A DNA stretch of 64,000 nucleotides from an uncultured delta proteobacterium (GTDB taxonomy: Bacteria; Myxococcota; Myxococcia; Myxococcales; Anaeromyxobacteraceae). Location of the stretch: contig CAWJSR010000023.1 of the NCBI GenBank assembly GCA_963845515.1, positions 96,001 through 160,000 of the forward strand, in the 5' to 3' direction. The notes under the pieces are model-generated. The model saw only the letters and a program-made list of their open reading frames with translations, did not search any database and was not told where the DNA came from. This document shows positions 55,484-64,000 of the stretch, piece after piece; the first letter of the stretch is position 1; every line of letters begins with the position of its first letter. The translations under genes and the position numbers were made by a program.

Positions 55484-56428
55484 TCAGCGCACGGCGTACT
55501 GGAGCCCGACCGTCCAGGAGGGGTCGACGCGCTGGTCGCCACCGAGCCGGGTGGCGACTGGCAGCTGCCCCCGCGCGCGGACCGCGAAGCCCCTCCCGAG
55601 GCCGACCGAGACGCTGGGGGCGGCGTAGAGGACCAGGCCACCCGAGCTCCGGATCGACTCGCCCACCTCGACGTCGCGGCCAGCCGCCCTGGCGTCGAGC
55701 CCGAGCCCCACCGTCACGCGCTCGATCGCCAGGTACTGGAGCTCGCCGCCGAGGTAGAGGGCGCTGCCGTAGCGGTAGCCGTTGCCGCTGCGGGTCCGAA
55801 GGCGACCGGCGCCGCTCAGCACCACGTCCCACGCCTCCTGGCGCCACCGGTAGGTGAGGCCGAGGTAGGGCCCCCACGCACCCGAGCCGATCTGAAGCAT
55901 CTGGTCGAGCCGTTGCCCGCCACGGGCAGCGTCGTCATCCCCGGTCGGGAGGCTGGTCCCCGCTGACAGCGCCAGCACCTGGGCCCGCACCACGATGTCG
56001 TCGACGCTGCGCGGGATGAAGCGCACCCTCCTCCAGAGCGCATACCTGACCCCGACGTCGACGTCGCCGAGCCCCGCCTGCGCGCCCGCCTCGGCGGCCA
56101 TGCCGGCGTCGATCGCGCGCCACTCGCGGCGCGCCAACGGCGCCACCAGCACGACGTTCAGCAGCTCAACCGGGCTGTAGACGGCGACCAGCCGCAGCGC
56201 CGTCTGCTCGACCTCGTGCCGGAGCCCCGGCATCGCGTCCATGGCGGCGCTGGACGAGCTCGCCTCTCCATCGAGCGAGAGCCGCAGCGCGCCGTTGCGG
56301 GCCGCCACGTCGCTCACGGCGACGAGCGGATCCTCGAAGACGCAGCAGTTGGCGCGAGCCGGGCCGGCTCCCAGGAGCAGGGAGCAGCAGGCGGCGGCCA
56401 GGAGCGGCGTGCGGGCGTGGGCAATCAT
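55484..56428 (-). CDS. Putative outer-membrane beta-barrel transporter (MetA-pathway/phenol_MetA_deg-like)
   Basis: Signal peptide, GLGDVDVGVRY, SLPTG, Q.GSG motifs, alternating beta strands. Confidence 0.7.
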   Translation of the reverse strand: MIAHARTPLLAAACCSLLLGAGPARANCCVFEDPLVAVSDVAARNGALRLSLDGEASSSSAAMDAMPGLRHEVEQTALRLVAVYSPVELLNVVLVAPLARREWRAIDAGMAAEAGAQAGLGDVDVGVRYALWRRVRFIPRSVDDIVVRAQVLALSAGTSLPTGDDDAARGGQRLDQMLQIGSGAWGPYLGLTYRWRQEAWDVVLSGAGRLRTRSGNGYRYGSALYLGGELQYLAIERVTVGLGLDARAAGRDVEVGESIRSSGGLVLYAAPSVSVGLGRGFAVRARGQLPVATRLGGDQRVDPSWTVGLQYAVR

Positions 56429-56439
56429 GCGATCGTCCG

Positions 56440-57750
56440 TCAGGAGAGCGGCGCCTGGGCGGTCCCCTCGAGCGCCCGGTCGAGGTCCGCGATGAGGTCG
56501 TCGGCGCTCTCGAGCCCGACGGAGAGCCTGATCACGTCGGGGCCTGCACCGGCGGCGAGCCGCTGCTCGTCGGTGAGCTGCCGGTGAGTGGTGGAGGCGG
56601 GGTGGATGACCAGCGATCGGGTGTCCCCGACGTTGGCGAGGTGGGAGAAGAGCTCGACCGACTCCACCAGCCGGACCCCCGCCGCGTAGCCGCCCTTCAC
56701 GCCGAACGTGAAGACGGAGCCTGCGCCACGCGGGAGGTACTTCTCCGCGAGCCTGCGGTACGGGCTGGAGGGGAGGCCGGCGTACGAGACCCACTCCACC
56801 CGCGGATGACCCTCCAGGAAGCGGGCTACCGCGAGCGCGTTGGCGACGTGGCGCTCCATCCGGAGCGGGAGCGTCTCGATGCCGGTGATCGTGTAGAAGG
56901 CGTTGGTGGGGGAGAGGGCTGGGCCGAAGTCGCGCAGCGCGACGGCGCGCGCCTTCATGGTGAAGCCGAAGTCGCCGAAGGTCTCGTAGAAGTTGAGGCC
57001 GTGGTACGCCGGCTCTGGCCGCGTGAGCGACGGGAACTTGCCGCTCTTCGCCCAGTCGAAGGTGCCCGACTCCACGAGGGCGCCGCCCATCGAGGTGCCG
57101 TGACCTGAGAGGAACTTGGTGGTCGAGTGGACGACGAGGTCCGCGCCCCACTCGAACGGCCTGCAGAGGAAGGGAGACGCCAGGGTGTTGTCGACGACGA
57201 GCGGGATCCCGGCCTCGTGCGCGACTTCGGCGACCGCCTCTAGGTCGACCACCACTCCGCCGGGGTTGGCGAGGCTCTCGACGAAGATGGCCTTGGTGCG
57301 GGGGCCGATGGCACGCCGGACCTCGTCGAGGTCGGCCGGGTCGACGAAGGTGGCGTGCCATCCCAGCCGGGGGAAGCTGTGCGCGAACTGGGTGATCGAG
57401 CCGCCGTACAGGTAGCGCGACGCGATGAAGTCGTCACCGGGCTCGAGCAGCGTGAAGAAGGCCAGGAACTGGGCCGCGTGGCCCGAGGCGGCGCAGACCG
57501 CCGCGCGGCCCCCCTCCAGGCTCGCGACCCGCTCCTCCAGCGCTGACACCGTCGGGTTGGTCAGGCGCGAGTAGATGAAGCCGAAGGTGGAGAGGTTGAA
57601 GAGGGAGGCGGCCTGGTCCGCGTCCTCGAAGACGTAGGCGGTCGTCTGGTGGATGGGGACGTTGCGCGATCCCGTCACCGCGTCCGGCCTCGCGCCGGCG
57701 TGGATGGCGCGCGTCTCGAAGCCGAAGGACTCCTTGCGCGGGGCTTTCAT
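56440..57750 (-). CDS. metY: O-acetylhomoserine/O-acetylserine sulfhydrylase
   Basis: IYSRLTNPT, ASGHAA, VDNT, HSTTKF, HLANVGD, HPASTTH. Confidence 0.93.
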   Translation of the reverse strand: MKAPRKESFGFETRAIHAGARPDAVTGSRNVPIHQTTAYVFEDADQAASLFNLSTFGFIYSRLTNPTVSALEERVASLEGGRAAVCAASGHAAQFLAFFTLLEPGDDFIASRYLYGGSITQFAHSFPRLGWHATFVDPADLDEVRRAIGPRTKAIFVESLANPGGVVVDLEAVAEVAHEAGIPLVVDNTLASPFLCRPFEWGADLVVHSTTKFLSGHGTSMGGALVESGTFDWAKSGKFPSLTRPEPAYHGLNFYETFGDFGFTMKARAVALRDFGPALSPTNAFYTITGIETLPLRMERHVANALAVARFLEGHPRVEWVSYAGLPSSPYRRLAEKYLPRGAGSVFTFGVKGGYAAGVRLVESVELFSHLANVGDTRSLVIHPASTTHRQLTDEQRLAAGAGPDVIRLSVGLESADDLIADLDRALEGTAQAPLS

Positions 57751-58235
57751 CGGGCCACCCGGAGCCGCTTCGAGCTGATGACGCCGGTGTTGACCCCGCA
57801 CCAGCCCAGCTCACCGAAGAGCCGTCCGTACTCGATCTTCGGGCAGCGATTCATCACGACCCTGAGGCCGGCCGCCTCGGCCCGGGCCGCCGCCGCATCG
57901 TTTCGGACCCCGAGCTGCATCCAGACCACCTTCGCGCCGATGGCGATCGCCTCGTCGGTGATCGGCCCGGCCGCCTCGGCGTTCCGGAAGATGTCGACGA
58001 GGTCGACGGGGTCCGGGATCTCCCCGAGCCCTGCGTAGGCGCGCTCGCCCAGGATCGTGTCCCCCGCGTTGGCCGGGTTGACCGGGATGACCCGGAAGCC
58101 CTTCTGCTGGAGGTACTTCATCGCGAAGTGGCTGGGGCGGTTCCACTTCGGGCTGGCCCCGACCATGGCGATGGTCCGGGACTCGCGGAGGACGCGCCGC
58201 AGGTGGGCGTCGGAGTACTGGAGGTCGTCGGTCAC
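57747..58235 (-). CDS. CoA-binding protein (YccU-like)
   Basis: IAMVGAS, VIPVNP, VDIFR, VWMQLG, VVMNRCPKIE. Confidence 0.9.
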   Translation of the reverse strand: MTDDLQYSDAHLRRVLRESRTIAMVGASPKWNRPSHFAMKYLQQKGFRVIPVNPANAGDTILGERAYAGLGEIPDPVDLVDIFRNAEAAGPITDEAIAIGAKVVWMQLGVRNDAAAARAEAAGLRVVMNRCPKIEYGRLFGELGWCGVNTGVISSKRLRVAR

Positions 58236-58290
58236 GAAAGCCGCTATAGCAGACGCGTCTCCGTGCCGCCAGCCGTGGAGGAGGGCGCGC

Positions 58291-58322
58291 TTGCGTAGCG
58301 GCGCGGCCTCCGCTATAACGGA
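58291..58322 (+). promoter_or_regulatory. Sigma70 promoter of cysK overlapped by operator copy 2 (TCCGCTATAACGGA, 58309-58322)
   Basis: TTGCGT-N17-TATAAC; the palindrome covers the -10 element. Confidence 0.7.
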
Positions 58323-58349
58323 CAAACCCTACGAACCCCGAGGTCATCA

Positions 58350-59319
58350 ATGGGCCGCATCTTCGAAGACAACAGCCGCAGCATCGGCAACTCGCCGCTC
58401 GTCCGGCTCAACGCGATCAGCAAGGGCTTGAACGCGACGATCGTCGCCAAGATCGAGGGGCGCAACCCTGCCTACTCGGTGAAGGATCGGATCGGCGCGG
58501 CCCTCATCGACGCGGCCGAGAAGGCCGGGCACCTGACGCCCGGGTCGAAGGAGCGGACCATCGTCGAGCCTACCAGCGGTAACACGGGCATCGCCCTCGC
58601 GTTCGTCGCCGCCGCGCGCGGCTACCCGCTCGTGCTGACCATGCCGGAGACGATGTCGCTCGAGCGGCGCCGCATGCTGAAGGCCTACGGCGCGGAGCTG
58701 GTCCTCACCGAGGGGGCGAAGGGAATGCCCGGCGCCATCGCCAAGGCCGAGGAGATCGCGGCCAGCGACCCGAAGAAGTACTACCTGCCGCAGCAGTTCA
58801 AGAACCCGGCGAACCCCGAGATCCACTTCCAGACCACGGGCCCCGAGATCTGGAACGACACCGACGGCAAGATCGACATCCTGGTCTCCGGCGTCGGCAC
58901 CGGCGGCACCATCACCGGCGTCTCCCGCTACATCAAGCAGGAGAAGAAGAAGGCGATCCGGTCGGTGGCGGTCGAGCCGATCCACTCGCCGGTCCTGACC
59001 GCAGATCAGGGCTGGCGAGCCGGTCAAGCCCGGACCGCACAAGATCCAGGGGATCGGCGCCGGATTCAAGCCGGACACGCTCGATCTCACGCTGGTGGAC
59101 GACGTCGTGACCGTCTCTAACGACGAGGCGGTCGAGCACGCGCGGCGGCTCCACAGGGAGGAGGGGATCACGAGCGGCATCTCCGGCGGCGCGGCGGTAG
59201 CGGCCGCCGTCAAGGTGGCGCAACAGCCGGCCTCCAAGGGGAAGCTCATCGTGGTCGTCCTGCCGGACGCCGGCGAGCGCTATCTCTCGAGCATCCTCTT
59301 CGAGGGAATCCCGGCGTAG
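58350..59319 (+). CDS. cysK: Cysteine synthase A; apparent frameshift near 59000
   Basis: [24 protein letters not shown]; then HKIQGIG and [10 protein letters not shown] in the next frame. Confidence 0.95.
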
Positions 59320-59328
59320 GGAACCGCG

Positions 59329-60492
59329 TCAGCCCTGGTCCAGCGCCTCGGCGACCCGGTCCACCTCGCCGAGCGCGTTGGGCCAGTGCGGGGCGAACCG
59401 CACCGCGCCGTCCGGGGTCGCGACGGCCACGCCTCGCTCGGCGAGCCGCTCGCGGAGCTCGCGGGCGCGCTGGCCCTCTGGTGGAAGGACCGACAGGATC
59501 CCGGAGCGACGGCGCGCGTCCGGCGCGCGCAGGCTCTCGTAGCCGCGGGCGAGGAGGATGGGCTCGAGCCGGTCGAGGTACGCCGTGACGTGCTCGCGGA
59601 TCGCCGCGACGCCGAGCTTCAGGATCAGCTCCAGCGAGGCGTGGAGCGCGGCCTGGCTCAGCGCCGAAGACGAGCTGCCCTCGAGGCGCTCCGCGCTGCC
59701 GCGGAGCGGCCGGTCGTAGCGGAGGAGCCCCGGACCGTCGAGGAGGAACGAGGCGGCCTCCTCGTGCGAGAGCCAGCCGGTCGTGACCGGGTGGAGTGAG
59801 TCGAGCCTCCCCGGCTGGATCCAGAGAAACCCAGCTCCCTCCAGGCCCATGAGCCACTTGTGAGCGCCGCCGGCAAGGTAGTCGATGCCGAGCGCGGGCG
59901 CGTCGAGCGGGACGATGCCGCATGCCTGGACGGCGTCGACGCAGAGCTCGGCGCCGTGGGCGTGGCAGAGGGACGCCAGCTCGGCGAGCGGCATCGCCAG
60001 CCCGCTGCGATACTGGACCGCCGAGACCGCCACCAGCCGCACGCCGCGCCGCAGCTCCGTCTCCACCCGCGCCAGGCCGTCGGAGCCGTCCCCGTCGGAG
60101 AAAGGCGAGAGTGGCAGCCAGCACGGCTCCAGCCCGAAGCGCGCGGCCGCACGCAGCCACGGGGCGACGTTGGCCGGAAACTCGCCCTCGAAGAGGAGCA
60201 CGCGATCGCCTGTGCGCCACGGGAAGGAGAGCGCGACGGCCTGGAGCCCCGCGGAGGTCCCCGCCGTGAGCGCGACGTCTCGCGCCGCGGCGCCTATCAG
60301 CCTGCCGATGAGCTCGCGAAGCCGTGTGCGGAGCCGCACGGCGTCGCCCACCGCCACGGCGCCCTGGCGTGCGTAGGCATCCACCATCGCCGCGACCGCG
60401 CGCCGGACCGGGACCGACGGCGGCGAGATGCCGGCGTGGTTCAGGTACGCGTGAGGCGCGAGGTCGGGGAACTGGCTGCGGTCACCGAGCAC
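59329..60492 (-). CDS. Class V PLP-dependent enzyme (C-S lyase/desulfurase-like, no catalytic Cys loop)
   Basis: YLNHAG, EFPAN, VDAVQ, GAHKW. Confidence 0.85.
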   Translation of the reverse strand: MLGDRSQFPDLAPHAYLNHAGISPPSVPVRRAVAAMVDAYARQGAVAVGDAVRLRTRLRELIGRLIGAAARDVALTAGTSAGLQAVALSFPWRTGDRVLLFEGEFPANVAPWLRAAARFGLEPCWLPLSPFSDGDGSDGLARVETELRRGVRLVAVSAVQYRSGLAMPLAELASLCHAHGAELCVDAVQACGIVPLDAPALGIDYLAGGAHKWLMGLEGAGFLWIQPGRLDSLHPVTTGWLSHEEAASFLLDGPGLLRYDRPLRGSAERLEGSSSSALSQAALHASLELILKLGVAAIREHVTAYLDRLEPILLARGYESLRAPDARRRSGILSVLPPEGQRARELRERLAERGVAVATPDGAVRFAPHWPNALGEVDRVAEALDQG

Positions 60493-60583
60493 GTCTGCTT
60501 TTGCGACTACCTGGAGAGGAAGTCAACGCGGAGGCCCGCATCCAGCGCGTTCGGCATCGCGCCGCCACCTCACGAACGTGACG

Positions 60584-60597
60584 TCCGTCGCGACGGA
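60584..60597. promoter_or_regulatory. Palindromic operator copy 3 (TCCGTCGCGACGGA)
   Basis: Exact TCCGT-N4-ACGGA about 90 bp upstream of the class V enzyme. Confidence 0.45.
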
Positions 60598-60624
60598 GCA
60601 CCGTCCGCCGAAGCAGTCCACCGC

Positions 60625-60987
60625 CTACGGAACCACCTTGATGGCCCCGGTCATTCCGGCCGCGTGGTGGACGTCGCACTGGTACTCGTACGTCCCCGCG
60701 GTGTCGATGCTGAACGTGAGCGTCGTCCCGGAGGTGGTCTGCGGGATGGCACCCGCGGCGCCGCTCGTCTGGGAGAGCGGGTGCGCGCTGAAGTCGCCGT
60801 TGAACGTTATGGGCTGGCTGACCAGCACGATGGCGCACGCTGGGACGTAGGCGGTGCCGCCGAAGGTGATCACCGCAGTCGTGGAGGTGAGGTCGGTGAA
60901 GGCCCCGCAGTCGGGGGCGGAGGTCGAGGATGAGCCGCCGCAGGCAGCTAGTGCAAGGAGTGCCGTCATCAGGGTGGCGCGCGCCAT
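60625..60987 (-). CDS. Plastocyanin/cupredoxin-like lipoprotein
   Basis: LAAC lipobox; His (HPL) and CDVHHAAGM type-1 copper ligands. Confidence 0.85.
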   Translation of the reverse strand: MARATLMTALLALAACGGSSSTSAPDCGAFTDLTSTTAVITFGGTAYVPACAIVLVSQPITFNGDFSAHPLSQTSGAAGAIPQTTSGTTLTFSIDTAGTYEYQCDVHHAAGMTGAIKVVP

Positions 60988-61151
60988 GGGATTGCCTTCG
61001 CGCGCGAGATACCGGGCCTGCCGTGCCTCGGCAGCGCCCAGGGGGGCTGGCCCCGGAAGGATGGCCACTTACCGCCTGCGCCTTCCGGACCCCCCCCGTT
61101 CGGTCGGTGAATGTCCCTTCCACCGTTCGAGGGTGACGACATGGCGGTGCG

Positions 61152-61213
61152 TCCGTTGGCACGGAATATCCTCCGTCCTCTGGTTGACAAGAAACGTGTC
61201 CGTTATCTAGGAT
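61152..61213 (+). promoter_or_regulatory. Sulfite reductase promoter with operator copies 4 and 5
   Basis: TCCGTTGGCACGGA (61152-61165); TTGACA (61184)-N18-TAGGAT; TCCGTTATCTAGGA (61199-61212) overlaps the -10. Confidence 0.65.
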
Positions 61214-61287
61214 GCGCCCTCGAACCCCAGCGGCACGCGTCCGGGATCTCCCGGCTCCGCGCACCCGCCCGGACGGAAACGGACCTC

Positions 61288-63124
61288 ATGGCGGACACCC
61301 GGCAGCCCTCCCAGCACCCCCCGCGAACGCGCCTCCTTCGCGGACGGCAGGGAGATCGACGACTTCGTCGCCGCGCTCGGCCGGTACGAGCGCGGTGAGC
61401 TGGACGCCGAGGCGTGGCGCAGCTACCGGGTCGCCCGCGGCGCGTACAGCCAGCGCCAGGAGGGGGTCCACATGCTCCGCGTCAAGATCCCGCAGGGGAT
61501 CGCGACGGCCGAGCAGCTCCGCGTCCTCGCGTCGGTCGTCGAGGAGCACGCCTGTGGCTACGCGCACCTGACGACGCGGCAGAACCTCCAAGCCTACTAC
61601 CTGCGCCCCGCCGACCTGGAGCCGGCGCTCCGGAAGCTCGCCGCTGCCGGGATCACCACCTCCGGCGCGGGCGGCAACGCCGTGCGCAACGTGGTCGCCT
61701 GCCCGCTGGCCGGCGTCTCGCCCACCGAGCCGTTCGACGTGACGCCCTACGCCGAGGCGCTCAGCCGCCACTTCCTGCGCCACCCGCTGGCCTCGACGCT
61801 CCCGCGCAAGTTCAAGATCGCGCTGGAGGGCTGCGCGGAGGATCACGTGGCCACGGCGATCCAGGATCTCGGCCTCCGGGCGATCGTCCGGAAGGGGGCG
61901 GCGGGAGACGAGCGCGGCTTCGCGGTGACGATCGCGGGCGGCACGTCCTCCCTCCCCACGAACGGCGCGAAGCTCTTCGAGTTCCTCCCCGCCGGCGACC
62001 TGCTCGCGCTCGCGGAGGCGCTGGTGCGGCTCTTCCACGCGAAGGGGGACCGCGTGAACCGGAGCCGGAACCGGCTCAAGTTCCTCGTCAAGGAGCTGGG
62101 GTTCGAGCAGTTCCGTGCGCTCGTGGACGAGGAGCTGGCGAAGCTCCGCGCCGCCGGCGTGCCGCCGCTCCCGTTCCCTCCGGATGCGCCCCCGGTCGAG
62201 GGGCCGCCTGCGTTCACCCGGCCGCCCCCGCCGTCGCCGGGGGAGATCGCCATCCGCCTGCGCGCCCAGCCACCGCGCGGCCTCCCGGTGCCGCCCCCGT
62301 GGCTCGCGCCGCCGGATCGTGCAGCGATCACCGCCTTCTTGAAGACCAACGTCCAGCGGCAGCGGCAGGAGGGGTTCGCCGTCGTGACGATCGCGGCTCC
62401 GCGCGGCGAGATCGCCGGCGCCCAACTCTCGCTGCTCGCCGATCTCGCGCTCGCCTACGGCGACGGGACGGCCCGGTTCTCGGGCGGCGGCCAGATCCTG
62501 CTCCGTTGGGTGGCGGGCTCCGACGTCGAAGCGCTCACCGAACGGCTGGCTGCAGCGGGACTCCTTCGCGACGGGGCGGGCAGCGCCGCCAACGTCGTCG
62601 CGTGCCCCGGCGCCGACGTCTGCCGGCTCGCCGTCACGCGGACCCGCAACGTCGCCGCGCTCATCGACGAGCAGGTTCGGGTCAACCTGGGCGCCGTCGC
62701 CGTCGAGACGCGCCTGCCCGTCCATCTCTCGGGCTGCCCGAACGGCTGCTCGCTCCACCACCTCGCTGCCATCGGGCTCCAGGGGAGCGCGCGCAGGGTG
62801 GGGGAGCGGATCGTCCCGCAGTTCTTCGTCCTCGTCGGCGGGGGGACGGGCGCCGAGGGGGCGCGGTTCACGCAGCTCGCCGGAAAGGTCCCGGCGCGGC
62901 GTGCCCCAGACGCGGTCAGGGCCTTGGTCGCGCTCTACCTCGCGGAGCGGAGCGAGGGTGAGGGGGCAAACGACTTCTTTCGGCGGGCGCTCGACAGGGC
63001 GAAGTTCGTCCTCGCCCCATTCGAGGCGGCGCGGGTCGAGGAGCTGACGGCCGAGGACTTCCTCGAGCCGGGCGGCGGGGGCAGCTTCTCTCCCGACGTT
63101 CAGGCGAGCGAGTGCGCAGCATGA
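61288..63124 (+). CDS. Ferredoxin-type nitrite/sulfite reductase hemoprotein; apparent frameshift near 61320
   Basis: MLRVKIPQG, HLTTRQNLQ, LPRKFK, CPGADVC and GCPNGC siroheme/4Fe-4S ligands; sulfur context. Confidence 0.9.
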
Positions 63125-63320
63125 AGGCGAGCCCGGAGGTGACGGCGCGAATGTGAAGCGCGCCTGCAGTGCTCGCGCGGCGGTAGGTCCGTCATGCGAG
63201 GCAGGGCCGTGGCGATTTGAGGCGTATTGCGGCCACGAGAAACCAAACAGCTAAAAGGCCCCTCGTCCTGGGCGGCGCTCGACCGAGCGGCGCACGGAGA
63301 GGGTCGGAAGGAAGTCCAAC

Positions 63321-64000
63321 ATGTACAAGTCTGCCCTGGCGGCCGTCGCCGCCCCCGGCGCGGCGTCCGATGGCCCGCGCCCCATCTCCCTCGTGTGCCG
63401 GCTCTGCGGCGAGCCGGCCGAGCCGCAGCCGGTGGCCACCTGCGAGCACTGCCTCGGTCCACTCGAGCCGGCCTACGACCCGGCGCGTCGCCTCCCTTCC
63501 AGGGCCGAGATCGAGCAGCGGCCGCGCTCGATCTGGCGCTACGCCGAGTGGCTGCCCATCCTCGGCACGCCGGTCGTCTCGCTCGACACCGGCTTCACCC
63601 CACTCTTCGAGGCTCCTGCGCTCGCGAAGGCGCTCGGGGTTCGCAAGGCGTGGGTGAAGAATGACGCCGTCTCGCACCCGACCCTCTCCTTCAAGGACCG
63701 CGTCGTGGCGGTGGCGCTCAACGCGGCGAAGGCCTTCGGCCTCGAGACCGTCGGCTGCGCGTCGACCGGGAACCTCGCCAACTCGGTGGCGGCGCACGCG
63801 GCGCGCGCCGGCCTGAAGTCCTGGATCTTCATCCCGGAAGACCTCGAGGTGGGCAAGGTGGTCGGCACCGCCGTCTACGGACCGAACCTCGTCCGGGTGA
63901 AGGGGACCTACGACGACGTGAACCGGCTCTGCGCGCAGGTGGCGGACCGGTTCGGGTGGGGGATCGTAAACGTCAACTTGCGCAGCTACTACGGCGAGGG
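63321..64000 (+). CDS. thrC: Threonine synthase-like PLP enzyme with N-terminal Zn ribbon (truncated by window end)
   Basis: Hand translation: CRLC...CEHC, IWRY, GFTPL, PTLSFKDR, ASTGNLA; not in the ORF track because it has no stop. Confidence 0.85.
   Translation, partial: MYKSALAAVAAPGAASDGPRPISLVCRLCGEPAEPQPVATCEHCLGPLEPAYDPARRLPSRAEIEQRPRSIWRYAEWLPILGTPVVSLDTGFTPLFEAPALAKALGVRKAWVKNDAVSHPTLSFKDRVVAVALNAAKAFGLETVGCASTGNLANSVAAHAARAGLKSWIFIPEDLEVGKVVGTAVYGPNLVRVKGTYDDVNRLCAQVADRFGWGIVNVNLRSYYGE

Noticed and set aside
61157..61172. TGGCACG as a sigma54 promoter for sulfite reductase
   Set aside because: No TTGC at -12; better explained as part of the palindromic operator, and a sigma70 promoter is nearby.
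63125..63320. Riboswitch or Cys-containing leader peptide (GTG at 63153, 33 aa, 3 Cys) upstream of the thrC-like gene
   Set aside because: No recognisable SAM riboswitch core, no clustered Cys/Thr codons and no clear terminator.

Overview
Very GC-rich bacterial DNA whose gene content and order suggest an Anaeromyxobacter-like member of Myxococcota (inference). From left to right it carries: a GT2 glycosyltransferase and a Cache/PAS sensor; the smc-(hyp)-ftsY-HAD-GNAT block; a multi-TM chemoreceptor; a complete type II secretion operon (gspC-N) behind a sigma54 promoter, preceded by an unannotated Flp-like pilin fused operonically to an orphan NtrC-type regulator; rpmE, rho, ligA, acyP, yciH, DUF1428, a radical SAM fusion, rne/rng, yihY and an IHF/HU gene; a compact atypical type III secretion cluster (needle-like, rod-like, sctJ, sctQ, fliO-like, sctRSTUV, with no ATPase, stator, SctD or secretin) behind a second sigma54 promoter; a DUF1704/MATCAP-like peptidase; and a sulfur-assimilation island (QueG-like Fe-S protein plus sulfonate-type ABC transporter, beta-barrel, metY, CoA-binding protein, cysK, class V PLP enzyme, cupredoxin, sulfite reductase, thrC-like). 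The island's intergenic regions share a palindromic operator, TCCGT-N4-ACGGA (ideal TCCGTTATAACGGA). Several conserved genes carry apparent frameshifts that are probably sequencing errors. All calls come from reading the sequence and recalled family motifs; no searches were run.
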